The notes: generated from the letters alone by a model not told the origin. 64,000 nucleotides of DNA from Antedon mediterranea (GCF_964355755.1 NC_092680.1:8432001-8496000), one strand, 5' to 3'. Numbered from the stretch's first letter, positions 1 to 13,162 are shown. Translations and numbers: made by a program.

Positions 1-1408
1 AAGAGTTCATTGTTCATTTGTTTACATATTATCACATTGATTACATAGTTTCCTCTTTTTATACATATTATCTGTAACACATTTTCATTAACAAGCTTAT
101 TTTTTCTTACATAGTTGTTTTTTTTTATATTCTCTGTTATACTAAATACTTACTAAATTTTTACTGTTAACATAAGATTTTTCTCATCCTTTTATTAATA
201 TTTTTGTTTAAAAAACTTTATTTTCAACAGATTATCCTTTTTTGCATCTATAACTCATTAAATTTTCATTTAACTTTTTTTTGTCTTATGTGGGTTCATT
301 CCACACAAAAAAAGTGATTATCTTTTGCATTGCAATGTTCTCTCCCTGGGAAAGATTGGAAAACAAGTTTAATAATTGATTTAAAATCGTGAAAAAATCA
401 TGTTATGTTTTTTAGTTGGATTAAGTTGATTTCCTGAATAAATCAAATTAAAGACAATCTAAAACATGCATCTGATTAATTTGGATAAGTGTGATTGATA
501 TAATATATTTTTAATGACCCACTTCATTCTCTAACGCGTTTAAAATTGTCATTTATGTCTGATTTTGGTCTCTTTAGCAAACGCAAGTAATGGATTTCTG
601 AATAATGCGGCTAAAACGTTTATTCCGGGTCACTCACGTCATGCATAAAGCATAGATAGTTTACCGTAGCTCAAAGTAACCGAAATATTTGTTATAAAAG
701 CATTACATAATAGAAAATAATTGAATATTTTCAAAACGTATGTTTGTTTGTGCTGGGCAGATTCTCGTATATTTCGTAAAAGGCCAGTACTAAATATGAT
801 TTTTGTTAATAACTTATAATTAAGCCTTTCTAATTACATAACATTTCATTTGACAGTCACTGACTTAATTGAAATAGTAATGGAAAAAATATAGTTGAAA
901 AACAACGGTGCCCTAAAACGGTTACACTGTGTATTTTTGACGTTTTTTTACAGCGAACATTACTAAATCGATGCATTCTGTGATTTGTCAGGCATGCACT
1001 AAAAGAGGCTTAATAAACTATAATATTCCGCATAATATCGCTCAAATAGAAGAATTTAAAAAGTTTTGTGCTGAATTCACGTTTGAGAAAACTTTTGGAA
1101 ATGGAGAAGAGTTGGTTAGCAGCCCTAATATGCAGTATTGTGTCTGTAATAGCTATCTAAGTTATAGTTTAGTTAATTTCCTTGCCGATGACGTCACATA
1201 CCGTTAAACATACTCTGGTAACAAAATGAACTTTAGTAAATAGCGCCACCATTACACTTTGTCCCGAATGTTTTGAGAATATCCTAAATTAATGACATCC
1301 ACAAAAATAAAGTAAATCCTAAAATGTTTAGGCGTGACAAAGAACAAGGCTATATACATGGTTGCATGCAGTCGCGTGCTCAAGTTAGTGTTTACCGACC
1401 AACCGACG

Positions 1409-3980
1409 CACAGTGGGCCAGAATCAATTCAAAGTGTGCCAAAAGTCCAAAATGGTAAATGTGGCATTCCGAACTTTTTAATATTGGATTAGGAAGAAGA
1501 CATCTTAAATTATATAAATCCACTAATAATTTTAATTTTTGTAAATTTTAATAGTGTCTTGTAACCATGGAAACTTGAAGAAACCATGGCATTTCACTTA
1601 AAATGAGCAAAAACAACAGTTTTGATAAATTCGCTGTTATTTCTTCTAGAAAAAAGCAATGGATTTGATACTGCATGAAATTGTTGTCTGTTATTAATAA
1701 TATTAGGGAGTAAAATAACATTTTCGATTATTGCTTTATTTTAGGGTTAAAAGTCACAAAATATAGCCCAAAAATACAAAAAAAATCGTATTTTTAAAGT
1801 AAAACCACTAAAGTAGTGTCGATTCGCGCGCTAATTTTGACATTAATATTTCGAGCAAAGCTTGAGCTTTACGTTAATACCAAATTTGGCTGCGAAAATT
1901 GGCGACATTGCATATAGGAAGCTATTTAAATGTCCCGTTTTAAAATAAATGTATAATGCATTTCCATTGACACATTGATGTACCGCAATCGCACGAACTT
2001 GACGAAGAGAAAACCTTTCCACGACGCGTCTGTATTGGAAAAGAGAATGCTACCAGTGTGAGAATAAGCATTCATAAATGTAGGTACAGGTAACATGACC
2101 TCCATATCAAAATACAACCTTTAAAGCTGTCCATTCGGCTGGTTTAATTACCAACATTGAACTAGCCTGCAATGTATGTTTACGTGAATTGCGTTTACAT
2201 TACAATGTAAGGAATGCCGAGAACATATCAAAAGAACTTTTGGAGTATACTACTACAACTATCAAACCATTTCTTTATTATTTACGAAGAAGATGGTACA
2301 AGTATGGCCGTCACAAGGTTCATTTCATCAGCTATTATTAGTCAGAGAACCAAAAGAACTGCTCTATGCTGCTTCACAAGGCGTCTATAAGCAAAGTTCA
2401 CATTTAAAATATGTGCTGAAGTTTGCAATGCTAACACCATTAAGACCAGCTAAAATAAGAAAGTTAATATCCGGAAAAAAACAGAACCGATCAAGTTTAC
2501 AAGTGAAAAAGCTTTGTCACTTTTAGCTATAGTTGAAACTGATACTGAGGTTTGTGGAACGTGAGGGAAGCTAAGCATAGATGCTACGCAAAGGTTAAAG
2601 AAGATTCGTCAAGAGTACCCCTTCAAAGCTTGCTGGACCAAACTGCACTTCGAATTGTTCAGTAAACAAAGAAGAAATTACAGAAGTAGTTGAACATAAA
2701 GATACTTCCTCGTGATTTTGCCGACCTTTACACCTGCAATTCAATATATTATTTGATATTAATTAACTATGAACTGGCTGCTGATGAAAACAGAAAAGAC
2801 AACATCTAAATACACTACAATTTACAATTCACCATAGTTGACCAACAGGTCGTGAATGCTTTGACTGAAACCAAGAATTCAATGCGATGTTATATATATG
2901 TGGAGCTACTCCAAAACAGTTTAATGATTTGGATAAACTCCCATCGTCAAGTGAAGAAGTCTACAGCTATGGCTCTCGCCACTACACAAATGGAGTAGGT
3001 GCTTCGAAATGCTAATTCATATTGGTACAGAATGCCAGTAAAAAAAGGTAGTGAAAAAGCCATCGTTGCCGATATGAAGAAAAGAAATACACGATCGGTT
3101 TAAAGAAGATATAGGAATGAAAGTAGATGAACTTAAACAAGGTTCAGGAAAACAATGGCAACATAGCTTGCAGAGCTAGCTTTCCAGGAAAAGGAGACTT
3201 TCGCTGAAATTTGCGGGTTTGGATGTCAATCTAGTACGTGTTTAGACCATTTACAATTTAGGGACTACTGCCGAAAAACAGCAGAGTTATATATACAACT
3301 CTATCCATGGTATAAAATGCCAGTGAGTGTACATGTTCTCCTAGTTCATGGTTCATCAATTATTTCGAGTTCTGTATTACTGATAGGTATGATGAGCGAA
3401 GAGTCTATCGACGAAAACATACAATGAAAACAAACAACAACATAAGTGATGTATTTCAGTCATTTAAACCCTTATTTGTAACATACAATAAAAACCTATT
3501 TTCAATTTTAATATTATTCACACAATCAGAAAACAGTATTTGTAATGACATCATACTGAACAATAAAAAGATGGTTTCATTGAACTCTGTGGATCTTTAA
3601 ATAATTTAAGTACATTTCAATCATGGATGCAATTTAATCACACATGATATTGCAATGAGAATTAAAGTCATCTAATCAAAAATTATTATTTTATGACGTC
3701 TAATATATTAAGAAAATGTTCCAGTTGGATTTATTGGGTGTAATAGAAACCCTTACACTTTCAATAATGAATGTAATATCAATCGACATAAGAATCACAA
3801 GCACATTCGCCTCAACCAATCAGAAAACACCATTTGTATTACGTCATACCTATTTAAAAATACTTCTATTAAATTCTACGGGTCTGAAAATTCCTTAGAT
3901 CCTTTAAAAGTTAAGGTAATCAGTATTTATTTATGCGTATAGACTTTTGGCACACTTTGAACCAATTCTGGCCCACTGTG
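1409..3980 (+). mobile_element. Transib-superfamily DNA transposon, 2572 bp, defective
   Basis: The 39-bp TIRs are CACAGTGGGCCAGAATCAATTCAAAGTGTGCCAAAAGTC (1409-1447) and the reverse complement of 3942-3980 (36/39 identical). There is a perfect 5-bp TSD CGACG (1404-1408, 3981-3985). Internal motifs are Transib/RAG1-core-like. CAC-starting TIRs with a 5-bp TSD are diagnostic of Transib. Confidence 0.93.
2293..3420 (+). pseudogene. Degenerate Transib (RAG1-core-like) transposase
   Basis: Fragments occur in the expected order: ELLYAASQ..TPLRPAKIRK (~2355-2463); VPLQSLLDQTALRIV (~2615-2660); SS*FCRPLHLQF (~2707-2742); FTIVDQQVVNALTETKNSMRCYI/CGATPKQFND (~2828-2928); YG/LSPLHKWSRCFEMLIHIG (~2968-3026); KQGSG (~3135); FRDYCRKTAELYIQLYPWYKMPVSVHVLLVHG..IGMMSEE (~3257-3403). 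It has stops, frameshifts and apparent internal deletions. Confidence 0.88.
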
Positions 3981-4523
3981 CGACGTAGTGAGCTGTAGAG
4001 TCGCAATGCACGCGACTAAAAATTGTTGTTACGTTGAGATTATCAAGAGGATAAATATGTTGTTGAGATTAACCTTTCCTTTCGTAACGGTAACTCTAAT
4101 TATGCGTAGGCCTATACAAGTGTATTTCAAATCACTTAATTAGATGAACCTGTAAATATCATAGAGATCTACCCTTTTATAATTTGACACAATTTGATAA
4201 TATAATTTGACACCTACAATTATAATGTATTCCTCCCTCCTATGGCCATACAATCGTTTGAATTGAATTAGCATTCATTCATTTTTTTGTAATAATACAA
4301 TAATATAATTTTAATAATATTATTATTCACTATTATTATTTTAATTATCATATTTTTTATTTGATAGCAATGAACCACATGGTTAAATTAAATGCATGCA
4401 CTTAGCAATCAGTTATATCTAGAAAGATTCAGCTTCTTAATTCATTTCTCTGTCTCCAGGGAATAACTTACATCGAAGTTACACGTTCACAGATATCATC
4501 AATTAGTTGTCCTTATAATATTA

Positions 4524-4570
4524 ACCTCTCTCCCCTCCCCGTCTTCCTCTCTCTCCCTCCGTATAAAAGC
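4524..4570 (+). promoter_or_regulatory. Possible core promoter: pyrimidine tract followed by TATAAAAG
   Basis: A CT-rich tract is immediately followed by a TATA-box-like TATAAAAG at 4562-4569. There is no transcript evidence. Confidence 0.2.
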
Positions 4571-5399
4571 CCGTTTATATTACGCACGATAACGATCGAT
4601 GAGATAATATGCATTTTCCTACATAAAACAGACAAATTACTTTATTATTTCACATGCTATAGTCCGATTCCCTTATCATTACACCATCACTCTCCGATAC
4701 AGCACCCGGTGCGATATTCCCAGACCTACTACTTCCATCCAAGAACGCAATTGGGCTCGACAGAAAGCGTTTGTAATTAGCGAAATGTAGTTAGCTCAAT
4801 TCTTACATCACACCTTATGGATATAATTAATGAATATTCATGTTTATTTTGTGACGTTTCATGAGGGATCCCAAACTTATGTACGGAAAGAAATATCGCT
4901 TAATCGGTGAGCTGACGAGAAGTATTTTAACGCAGTGTGGCCGCGTACCATATTCACATTGTTAGTAGTTAGAGAGTTGCATAAACAGTTTAGGTTGAAT
5001 TTTATTTCTAACGTAAAGAACCCATTTTATACTAAAACAATATTTTGCATATTGTTGTTCCACTTTGTTGGTGAGAATACTTACTATTCTGGACAATACT
5101 ATTATGATTGTACGATAGCTTAATAGAGTATTCTGCTTAGAAAACTGTGCGAGTTCCATTTTGTAAGTTAGGGATTTACTTGTCACGCATCCTGCGTGTG
5201 CTTGAATCATGTCTCGTACTTAGTTAACTCGGCGTCTAACGATGTCTGAAACTTTATAGATTGAATTTAAAAAGTCATTCTAGTAACACGACGTGAACGA
5301 TACTTATTATCCGTAAGTTAATAGTATTGGCATTAGTTAGTTATATGACGTATGTTTTAATGTTTTTAATAGTATGTGTAGAAACAGTTGATTGGTATT

Positions 5400-5800
5400 T
5401 CTTTATTTATCTTTTAAAATACAATAAGTATTATACGATAACATGAACATTAGATTGACGTGATCTATATGCACATACAATCAATCTGAAAAGTGATACT
5501 ATTGTGTTTTTGTCTGTGGATTTAAGTAATGAGCTGAGGTATACAACATGTTTGAGATATAGTGTGGAATGTATCGGTCTCTTTCATTTGTGTATAAACG
5601 ACATATTAAAACAAAATGAAAGGTATCTTCAATATCTCCACTATTGCATACTTTGCATACACGTTGCTCGTCCGATAATAACGCCATTTTTATTACCATT
5701 TATTGTCCTAATATATTATGACGTATCAATATAAAAATGCGTGTTAAAGTCATTATGTTATAGATTTTTCTCTCCATCTTATATCGTATATCCGCGTTTT
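5400..5800 (-). mobile_element. Non-LTR retrotransposon 3' remnant (CCHC zinc-knuckle region)
   Basis: ORF 5499-5699(-) contains RVCKVCNSGDIEDTFHFVLICRLYTNER, the CxxC..ED..HF...C motif typical of LINE ORF2 C-termini. Confidence 0.7.
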
Positions 5801-7269
5801 TCAGGCATCATTAACAATGCTTTATTGTTCTGTACAATCCTTAATGGAGGTCCATTTACATAAAAGCCAATTAAGTGGGCCACTTAGATACACCATGTCA
5901 CATATTCACAATGACATTCCATAACAATTTGCCACCGGTGGATATAATGTACTTTGACATAGTTTTCCTCGTTCATTGTAAATACAATAAATGAATATTG
6001 TCATTATTTTTGACATCAATGTCGATTTCTTATTATTGTATTGCCTGCCACAAAGTTAGTCATAATTCCACCCGTTTTCAGTTTTAACGATAATACCAAT
6101 GTTACTGTAATTCCTGATATAATATTGAAAATCGTAAATCGTATGATTACAAAAAAAAAATTGATGACCAAAATATTGAAAGTTCTCATAAATTCATATA
6201 ATACATTATTGTGAACATTCTAGATGAAGAATACAGTTTGGACAGAATATAAGATTACAGTTGAGAGATATATGGAAACTGTTGGCCGGAGAATACAGTG
6301 TGAATAGACCTCTGTAAAGTTGAAAGTTTCATCATGTTTGAAATCTTAACATCGCCTATAAATGAACCATCAATTGCCAAATAGGAAGGGGCTTGAATGA
6401 AGATTACCAAATCAATCTGCCTCTATTTATTATAACCTTAAATTCTTCAGGCGTCATTATGGCACTATATTAGGATTGATTGATATGACACGGGCATGCG
6501 CATTACGTATACACAAATTTCAATACACGTAATGGAATTGCTAAAACACTAACGGGTTACAGATTTGTATTAAAGATATTTTCCACCTAAAAAATATATA
6601 TGTTTTGTGTGTAGTGTGTGTTGAATAGTCAATTCCATAACTTTCCATTCCTTTTCCATTGACGTTTTCTATTCAACACTAATCCTATAATGTGGTACAA
6701 TTTTTATGAAATTACCAGTTAGCCTCTATGCCTACGTCACTAATTAGATGTTTTATATAATATTTTTACTTAGTGTTCATCTGGTGTTATAATATAAGTT
6801 TAATGTACAGAAAGCTTTCAATCAATTGAAAAATATATCAATAATTGTCTATAAATTGTAAATTCTTGCTGCAGGCGTAATTCAGCGGATAAGTAAGATC
6901 TAAGTAGATCCTTTAAATTAAAGTTCATGAATATTCATATACATTAGTTATATTTAATAAACAGAACGACAAGTAGTTTCAATATCATCTTTTATTTTGT
7001 TTTTACCGACGGTTATTAACAAATAAAATATACATTAGTAGTGCATGGATTAATAACTAAATGAAAAAGATGTATAATTATGAATATAATTTGATAAGGG
7101 TGTCTGCTTATCAACTAAAGATTTGCGAGTTCAAGTCTCAAAAGGAGCGATCTCTTCGCTTTCTCAAATGTTCTTGATTTAGAGTGACCCGAGTGAACAT
7201 AACCAGATTTCCGGAAAACGAAAAAGTGCCGGAGAAGGAGTCTTATGCTGGAATCTGAAAAAAAAAACT

Positions 7270-7720
7270 CAAATCTGTGCTATTAGACTGCACCAAGCAT
7301 TCGACCGGAGAAGCTGAGTTGTGGTTCAGGAGTGCCATAACATGAGAGGAAACCGGTATTGGAATCAGATGGATTCATACAACAACCGAACTAACAAGAT
7401 GTAACTATGAGCATTTAAAGAGCATGTAGATGGTGCATTCCTAACTTGCTGCTACAAACGTTTAGTCTCTCCAGAAAATGTTGCGCTCATACTACAATGC
7501 ATGTAAGGAGTATTAGGTAATGCAACTGAATGAAAAAAGATCAAGACAATATTCATTAGTAAATCAAATGATGTATAGTTCAAGTGGACTAGAAACACCT
7601 GGAACAAATACAGGAGTATCAGTATCTTGGGATCACAAGACAATTGAATAAGTTGAGGTTAGAAGAAAAAGAAAAACAAAAGCTTTAGACGTTAACTGGG
7701 AATACAAAATCACGAGAAAC
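7270..7720 (+). mobile_element. Highly decayed LINE (RTE-like) reverse-transcriptase remnant
   Basis: Broken-frame motifs LDCTK/AFD (~7283-7304), ACKEY..LNEK (~7500-7540) and LEQIQEYQYLG (~7599-7631) resemble RT motifs 'D..KAFD' and 'YLG'. Confidence 0.45.
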
Positions 7721-8347
7721 ACCATCGCAGAAATGGCTTTTAGTTTCTCTCTTTCTGCTAAAATATTATCTTTTAGCACTTATAAAATAAATCTAATAAT
7801 TCCATTACATTAGTTTATAGCTTGTCCTAACTAACATAATGAACTTTACGTCAACTGAACCATTTTCCGTGTTTACTGTAGTACCACAGTTTCCATACTA
7901 TATGAGGTTGTCTTATCATAGATTCAGTAAGTAGTTCTGTTCTCAGGGCAGTATATCAAAACTGTTTAATATATGTGGGATGATGACATCAATACCTTTG
8001 TGCAAGTACCTTTCCGATATATAATTATCGCTTTTAGTGAAATTACATTTGTGTTATTCATTGAAAGCGATGACAGGTTACAAACACCTAGGCACTGTAA
8101 CGGTTCTAGTGTCAAATTTAAGCCATGTTCCATTTTCTGTTTGTTCGCCACCAAACTACAATACAATATCATGTACACTCATTCTATGGTTTTTCTTTCT
8201 TTTAACCGAAATACACTTTCGAATACAAATGTACTGATTTCCGAAATAGTTAACATCTTTCAGCACAATTTAAAAAATGCTGACCAATAATATTTGATTT
8301 TATTTGGGAAATCATTGTACAAAATACATATAAAATGATTTACTTAA

Positions 8348-8691
8348 AGATGTTATTGTCTCCCAAAAACATGAAAAATGAAGATTAATTAAATCAGACT
8401 TTGAATATGTTATTTGTAGTTTTAATCAAGTTAATCACTTCAATAGAAAAGAAACGAAAAAAATCATGTTTTCACCTATAAAATGACAAAATAACTGGTA
8501 AAATTCAACCAAAAATCTATTGACTGGCAGCCAATTTGACCATTTTTTTAATTTAAATTACATTTTTTCAGGTAAATACATTTTTTTCGATCCAATTTGT
8601 TGTCAATGTGGATAACTATTATGTTACATTAAAATGGAATATCCAACAAACATTTTTTTGAGAATTATTTTTTCAGGGGGAAAATACATCT
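8348..8691. mobile_element. Kolobok-like non-autonomous DNA transposon (MITE), complete copy
   Basis: It is flanked by TTAA on both sides (8344-8347, 8692-8695), with imperfect TIRs AGATGTTATTGTCTCCC / GGGGAAAATACATCT. Homologous copies lie at ~31088-31415, ~40753-40860 and 61043-61362. Confidence 0.7.
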
Positions 8692-10406
8692 TTAAACTAC
8701 TGACATTAGAGTATATAGAATACTAAGCCTATAATTTAATTTCGCAATATAAATGTAAATTCATTTAGTCATACAATTTAATTGCGAGATGTTTGCAGTA
8801 AATTATGCTATAACAGAATAATAAATATAATAAGTTGTGACAAATATAATCAACACCTACATAGGCTATAGTATTAAGTTCTATATACCGTAATGGATAG
8901 TTTACAAACCGGCCACGTGTTCATATTATAACATTTTGAAATGTGTTGCCATGGATGCGTATGACGTAATGCAATAATCTAGCAGGTGTTTCTATACAAA
9001 GACACGTGACATGCAAAACATTGACAAAATGGATATTTGTAGTGTCCTTTACAATAGTATTTAATAAGTATACTTACTGTGTTTGTTGCCTAATTTGCCG
9101 AACTTATAAAAAAGTTCAGAAGATAACACCCTACTGTTTTTTTCTTACCCCGTTAATTGATAATTGAAAGATACTTTATTGAAGTCTAATCGCATATTAT
9201 ATCGATGCTGTTCATGATTGATTACGTATCCCTTGTAACTTTATGACAATGAAAACGTTTTCGACTTCATTCCAGTAAAAGGCCATGTTTACCACCCCAT
9301 TTTGTTAGTGTATGGTTTTGTTGTTATGGGTTTTGAACAAATCTATTTGTCGCTGCTGTTATATGTTAGCAATCAGCAATATTTTATGTTTGAACCTGTT
9401 TTTATTATATCTTAATATATTATCCTCTTAAATGTATTGTATGGTGATCTTCACGTAATGTCTTTTGTAGCTAAAGGTTCTTTTGAATCAGGCATGACTT
9501 GGGTAACCATATGCTTTTTTCTATCTTCTTTATCCACAATGGCAATGGCTGTATAATAAACGTCTGGCCTATGGAGCTTGTGAATTAATGCTTTTTCAGT
9601 AAGTTTGAAGTTCGAATAACTCACGCCATGGTGAAGTGAGGCGTGCGTTCACAGTTTTCAAAATCACCCGGCACATTTTTATTCCTGAGAATCAAAATCA
9701 GCAATAATATCTTATTCGATGAAGTAGAACCCTCTTCAATTATCTAGCTTTAGAAAACGATTATTCAGTACATTTTAGGTCCATCTCAATGCATGAACGA
9801 TCATTTTTTAATTTATAACAATTACGTGTTAATTATGTAGTTGAATATGAAATAATTGAAATAATTCAGTAGTATATAGCGACGAAGAATGCAATCTCGT
9901 AAAATTGATCGTGTATCTAATCCATCAATTTATTGTAGGCATACCATGTGATGTCATGTTCAAATCAACAAGCACATGCAAATATATTGCTTTTGAGGCA
10001 GTTAGTTGGTAATTTCTACACTCTGCATGTGATAGCGTTTCGCATATTAATATTTTTTATGAATTTGCTTTTCGATGATAATGAATAATGGGATTGTATT
10101 ATAGAGTAAATTCAAATTGTCTACTTCATTTTATCTGACAAAAATAATAATTCACTATATATAGGCCTACTCAGATTAATTCGTAATTTTGTACCAGTAC
10201 CCATAAGTTTTTTTTTAAAATATTGAATTACCTATAGATGTCTGGTTTTTTTGTTAGTTGGTGATGGTATTGTTGTTTGCTTTGGTAGACCTGACATTGT
10301 GAAGGTTAGTTCTTTTTAGCAGGTGCTAATTAAAATGTTGTAGTAGTGTTGTTGCTTTAGTTATTTAGTTATTACATATAGTTTATTGTTCTGTTAAGGT
10401 TTATGT

Positions 10407-10482
10407 TTAGAATGGTTGACCTGGTTATTTAGTCTGTCAATTAATTTAGAATGGTTGACCTGGTTATTTAGTCAGTCAATTG
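10407..10482. repeat. 39-bp tandem duplication
   Basis: TTAGAATGGTTGACCTGGTTATTTAGTC(T/A)GTCAATT occurs twice in tandem. Confidence 0.85.
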
Positions 10483-12112
10483 GTTTAATCGGTTTAGTTA
10501 GGCCTACTGCGTTCTGTTTCTATTTGGTTTAGTGCTGTGTTGCGAAAGCTGTTTGTCTCTGGTATATGTGCTGTATTGTTTCAATAGTATAGTTCTAATG
10601 ACATCGGCGTTAAATAAATGCAAGATTAAATAATGTATAATGTACATAGAATATTGATGCAGATCTTCGTTAAGATGTGTTAAGAGCCATGCGACTGACA
10701 ACATTTGTAACTAGCTTCTATCATTACTGTCGTCAGTAACGTACATTAGTGGATCAGCCAACAACATTAGGAACACACAATTCAATCACGGTGATTATGT
10801 TTCTGAATTATGCAAATGAGTATCATGAATTCCGATTTCATGCGCGGGCCTACACTTTTCCGTGTTAAATTATAAATCCAAACATTATCTGTATAGCTTA
10901 ACTACTTCCGGCGGAGAGTCACCTTTCTTATATTTAATACACTATTAATCTACTTCTGCACAGATCTTTCTACTGGAATTAATCATTCATAACATGTTTC
11001 CATTAGTTGGTGTGTAGCATTGCTATCGGTTCGAGCAGTAGCGAGTGAAGAGCGATGCATAGTTTCATAATATTATGAGTTACTGTATAATATCTTGTAT
11101 TGTGTAGTTTTAGAAGAATCGTGGAAGCCCATTGACTTGCGTTACATTGGAACCGTAAGCATCGCATTCTTTACTATTGGTGTTAATATTGAAAACTTTT
11201 TTTTTGTATCACCTGTCTTAAAAAAGTATACAAGAATACACTAAAGATGCCTTGTTAATGGTAAGTACTAAGTGGGATGGTAAACTATGTTTTATTAATG
11301 TTGCTCATGCAAGATTCACCTCAGTAGGAGGCTCTGTCATGTCTTCACTTCTGATTTTTGCTATTGAACTCAAAGTGCTCTTTTTTTTCTCTTAAGCCTG
11401 ATGCAATTTAATGTCTACACATTGCTGTATTACTATTAATCTCTATACACCAGAAAATAAGAAAGGACATTCTATAAAGAGAATAAAACCCTGCATTGCT
11501 GTTAATGTTATAGGCCTATGTTCAATAGTTAAAAAACAAATGCATTTCGACTATAGGGTTCAGCTGTGCATGAGTATGAGAGAACCGCGTTACAAACCTC
11601 GTGTGATGCGCTGTCACATCGCGTGCAGATAATAGCCAGCGTCTTATCAAAAGTATTCGTTTGCTTTTTAAACATCTGATATTATGGCATAGTGTAAATT
11701 ACAGAACACGCCAGCATTATTACTCGCATTGGCTCGATCAAGTAGTCGTTCGACACGCACCTGGCGTGACTTTACTTTCCCCTCAGCTAATCACAAAAAT
11801 TAAAAACAGATTGATTTGAGTGCCGTCACGTTCACTCTCTAATTGATATGTTGTCTAATGTATTCTCTTGTACAGCACTTGTTCTCAGTTATTCACAAAA
11901 TGGAATCATCTCCAGTCAAGTGCTTCAATTATGAATGTTGTTTAACAATCTTTTTAAGACGACGTTGATATCGAGGGAGAAATACATAAAGCATCACTTT
12001 TGCCCTTCTAAAATAGGCGCGATAACCATGAACTCTCTTAATGTGGCACCGCAGATTTCACTTATTTTTAATTTTTTCCACACAAATTTCTAAATACTGT
12101 TACATTTGTTTT

Positions 12113-12225
12113 TAGTCGCGTGCAACGCGACTCTACAGCTCACTATGTCGGTCGGATGGTCGGTCGGTCGGTAAACACTAACTCAAATTTGAGCACGCGA
12201 CTGCAGCCATGTATATGGCATTGTT
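12113..12225 (-). mobile_element. Intact ~113-bp DINE-1/Helentron-like element
   Basis: It shows a terminal hairpin AGTCGCGTGCAACGCGACT, a (GGTC)n microsatellite, the inverted sub-terminal repeat GCACGCGAC (12193-12201) and a T-rich flank. It is the same family as the Transib host at 1343-4018. Confidence 0.65.
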
Positions 12226-12264
12226 AAACATGAAGATATTGAATTGAATCGGGGTAATTATAAC

Positions 12265-12490
12265 GAGTAAGTAGCGGTTTTAAACGACAGTGGAACCGTA
12301 ATACCTTGCCATATTAACATCGGCAAGGGTTCGAGCTTCACACTCGCTTCATGATCCTCATGGTAGTAGAACGAGTCTTCTCGAATAGGGACCAAACCAC
12401 AGGTCCAGTGTCACATCTGGCTCATATGCAACTAGTACATCTTTCGAGACGAGTAGCGGGTTACGCCGGTGTACTAGTACACAGCCACTG
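12265..12490 (+). mobile_element. Decayed tRNA-derived SINE (same family as 29942-30255)
   Basis: Colinear blocks are shared with the 29.9-kb copy: GACAGTGGAACCGTAAT, GGTTCGAG, GTAGAACGAGTCTTCTCG, CTAGTACATCTTTCGAGACGAGTAG, ACAGCCACTG. Confidence 0.8.
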
Positions 12491-13011
12491 TCACACACAC
12501 TTATCATAACTCTTCAAGAAGATCATTATATTGTGGATTCAATTAAGCCAATATGAAACTGATTGTTAACATCCAATCTGTAATACCAATCAAAGTAAAG
12601 TCAAATAAGTCAGATTTCCAATTAACCCAGGTGTCTATCAGCCGACAGAAATTAGTTAGTGACTAATTAATTAATTTACCGTGTTAATGATGACTGCCTC
12701 ATTGACGTCATTCGACTTCATCATTTCAATTCGCATGGTCCGACGAGTACTGTGTAATGATTTTTGTACAAGTGCCGAAGATGCGTTACTAATTAGCAAA
12801 TATTAACTAAATCCTTGTGGCTATTATGATTATTTCTAATCGTTAGCCGCACTTACTGAGCAAATTACAGTTTTTAGTGGTGAACGGATAATTGTGTGAA
12901 TCATTATCCATGCTATTATACCTATTTTAGGCCTAATCTTGTCCATGTTTACTGCCAAGAACTTTTTAAAATCGCTGAATACATGGAGGTAAGTTTGGCC
13001 CGATTGTACGT

Positions 13012-13162
13012 CTGTCATTTAGTACATCTTAACTGACAATTGCAAGTCACTGATATACATGCCTAGATATATTATATATTTTAATAATACAAAGGTACAA
13101 AGTACTGTATACACCTCTCTCAATGACTTGCAATAGTCAGTTAGGATGTGCTGAATGACAGC
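13012..13162. mobile_element. Small foldback/MITE-like inverted repeat
   Basis: Imperfect arms of ~42 bp: CTGTCATTTAGTACATCTTAACTGACAATTGCAAGTCA and TGACTTGCAATAGTCAGTTAGGATGTGCTGAATGACAG. Confidence 0.6.

Larger units (their letters stand above)
1343..4018 (+). mobile_element. Short DINE-1/Helentron-like non-autonomous element split by the Transib insertion (1343-1408 and 3986-4018)
   Basis: The two flanks join into the reverse complement of the intact copy at 12113-12225. They carry the GTCGCGTGC sub-terminal repeat, the (CCGA)n microsatellite and the terminal GTCGC..GCGAC hairpin. Confidence 0.7.

Noticed and set aside
1409-3980. ProtoRAG/RAG1L-RAG2L transposon
   Set aside because: It is only 2.6 kb with symmetric TIRs and a single Transib-type transposase remnant. 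I see no kelch/PHD RAG2-like sequence or RAG1 RING region.
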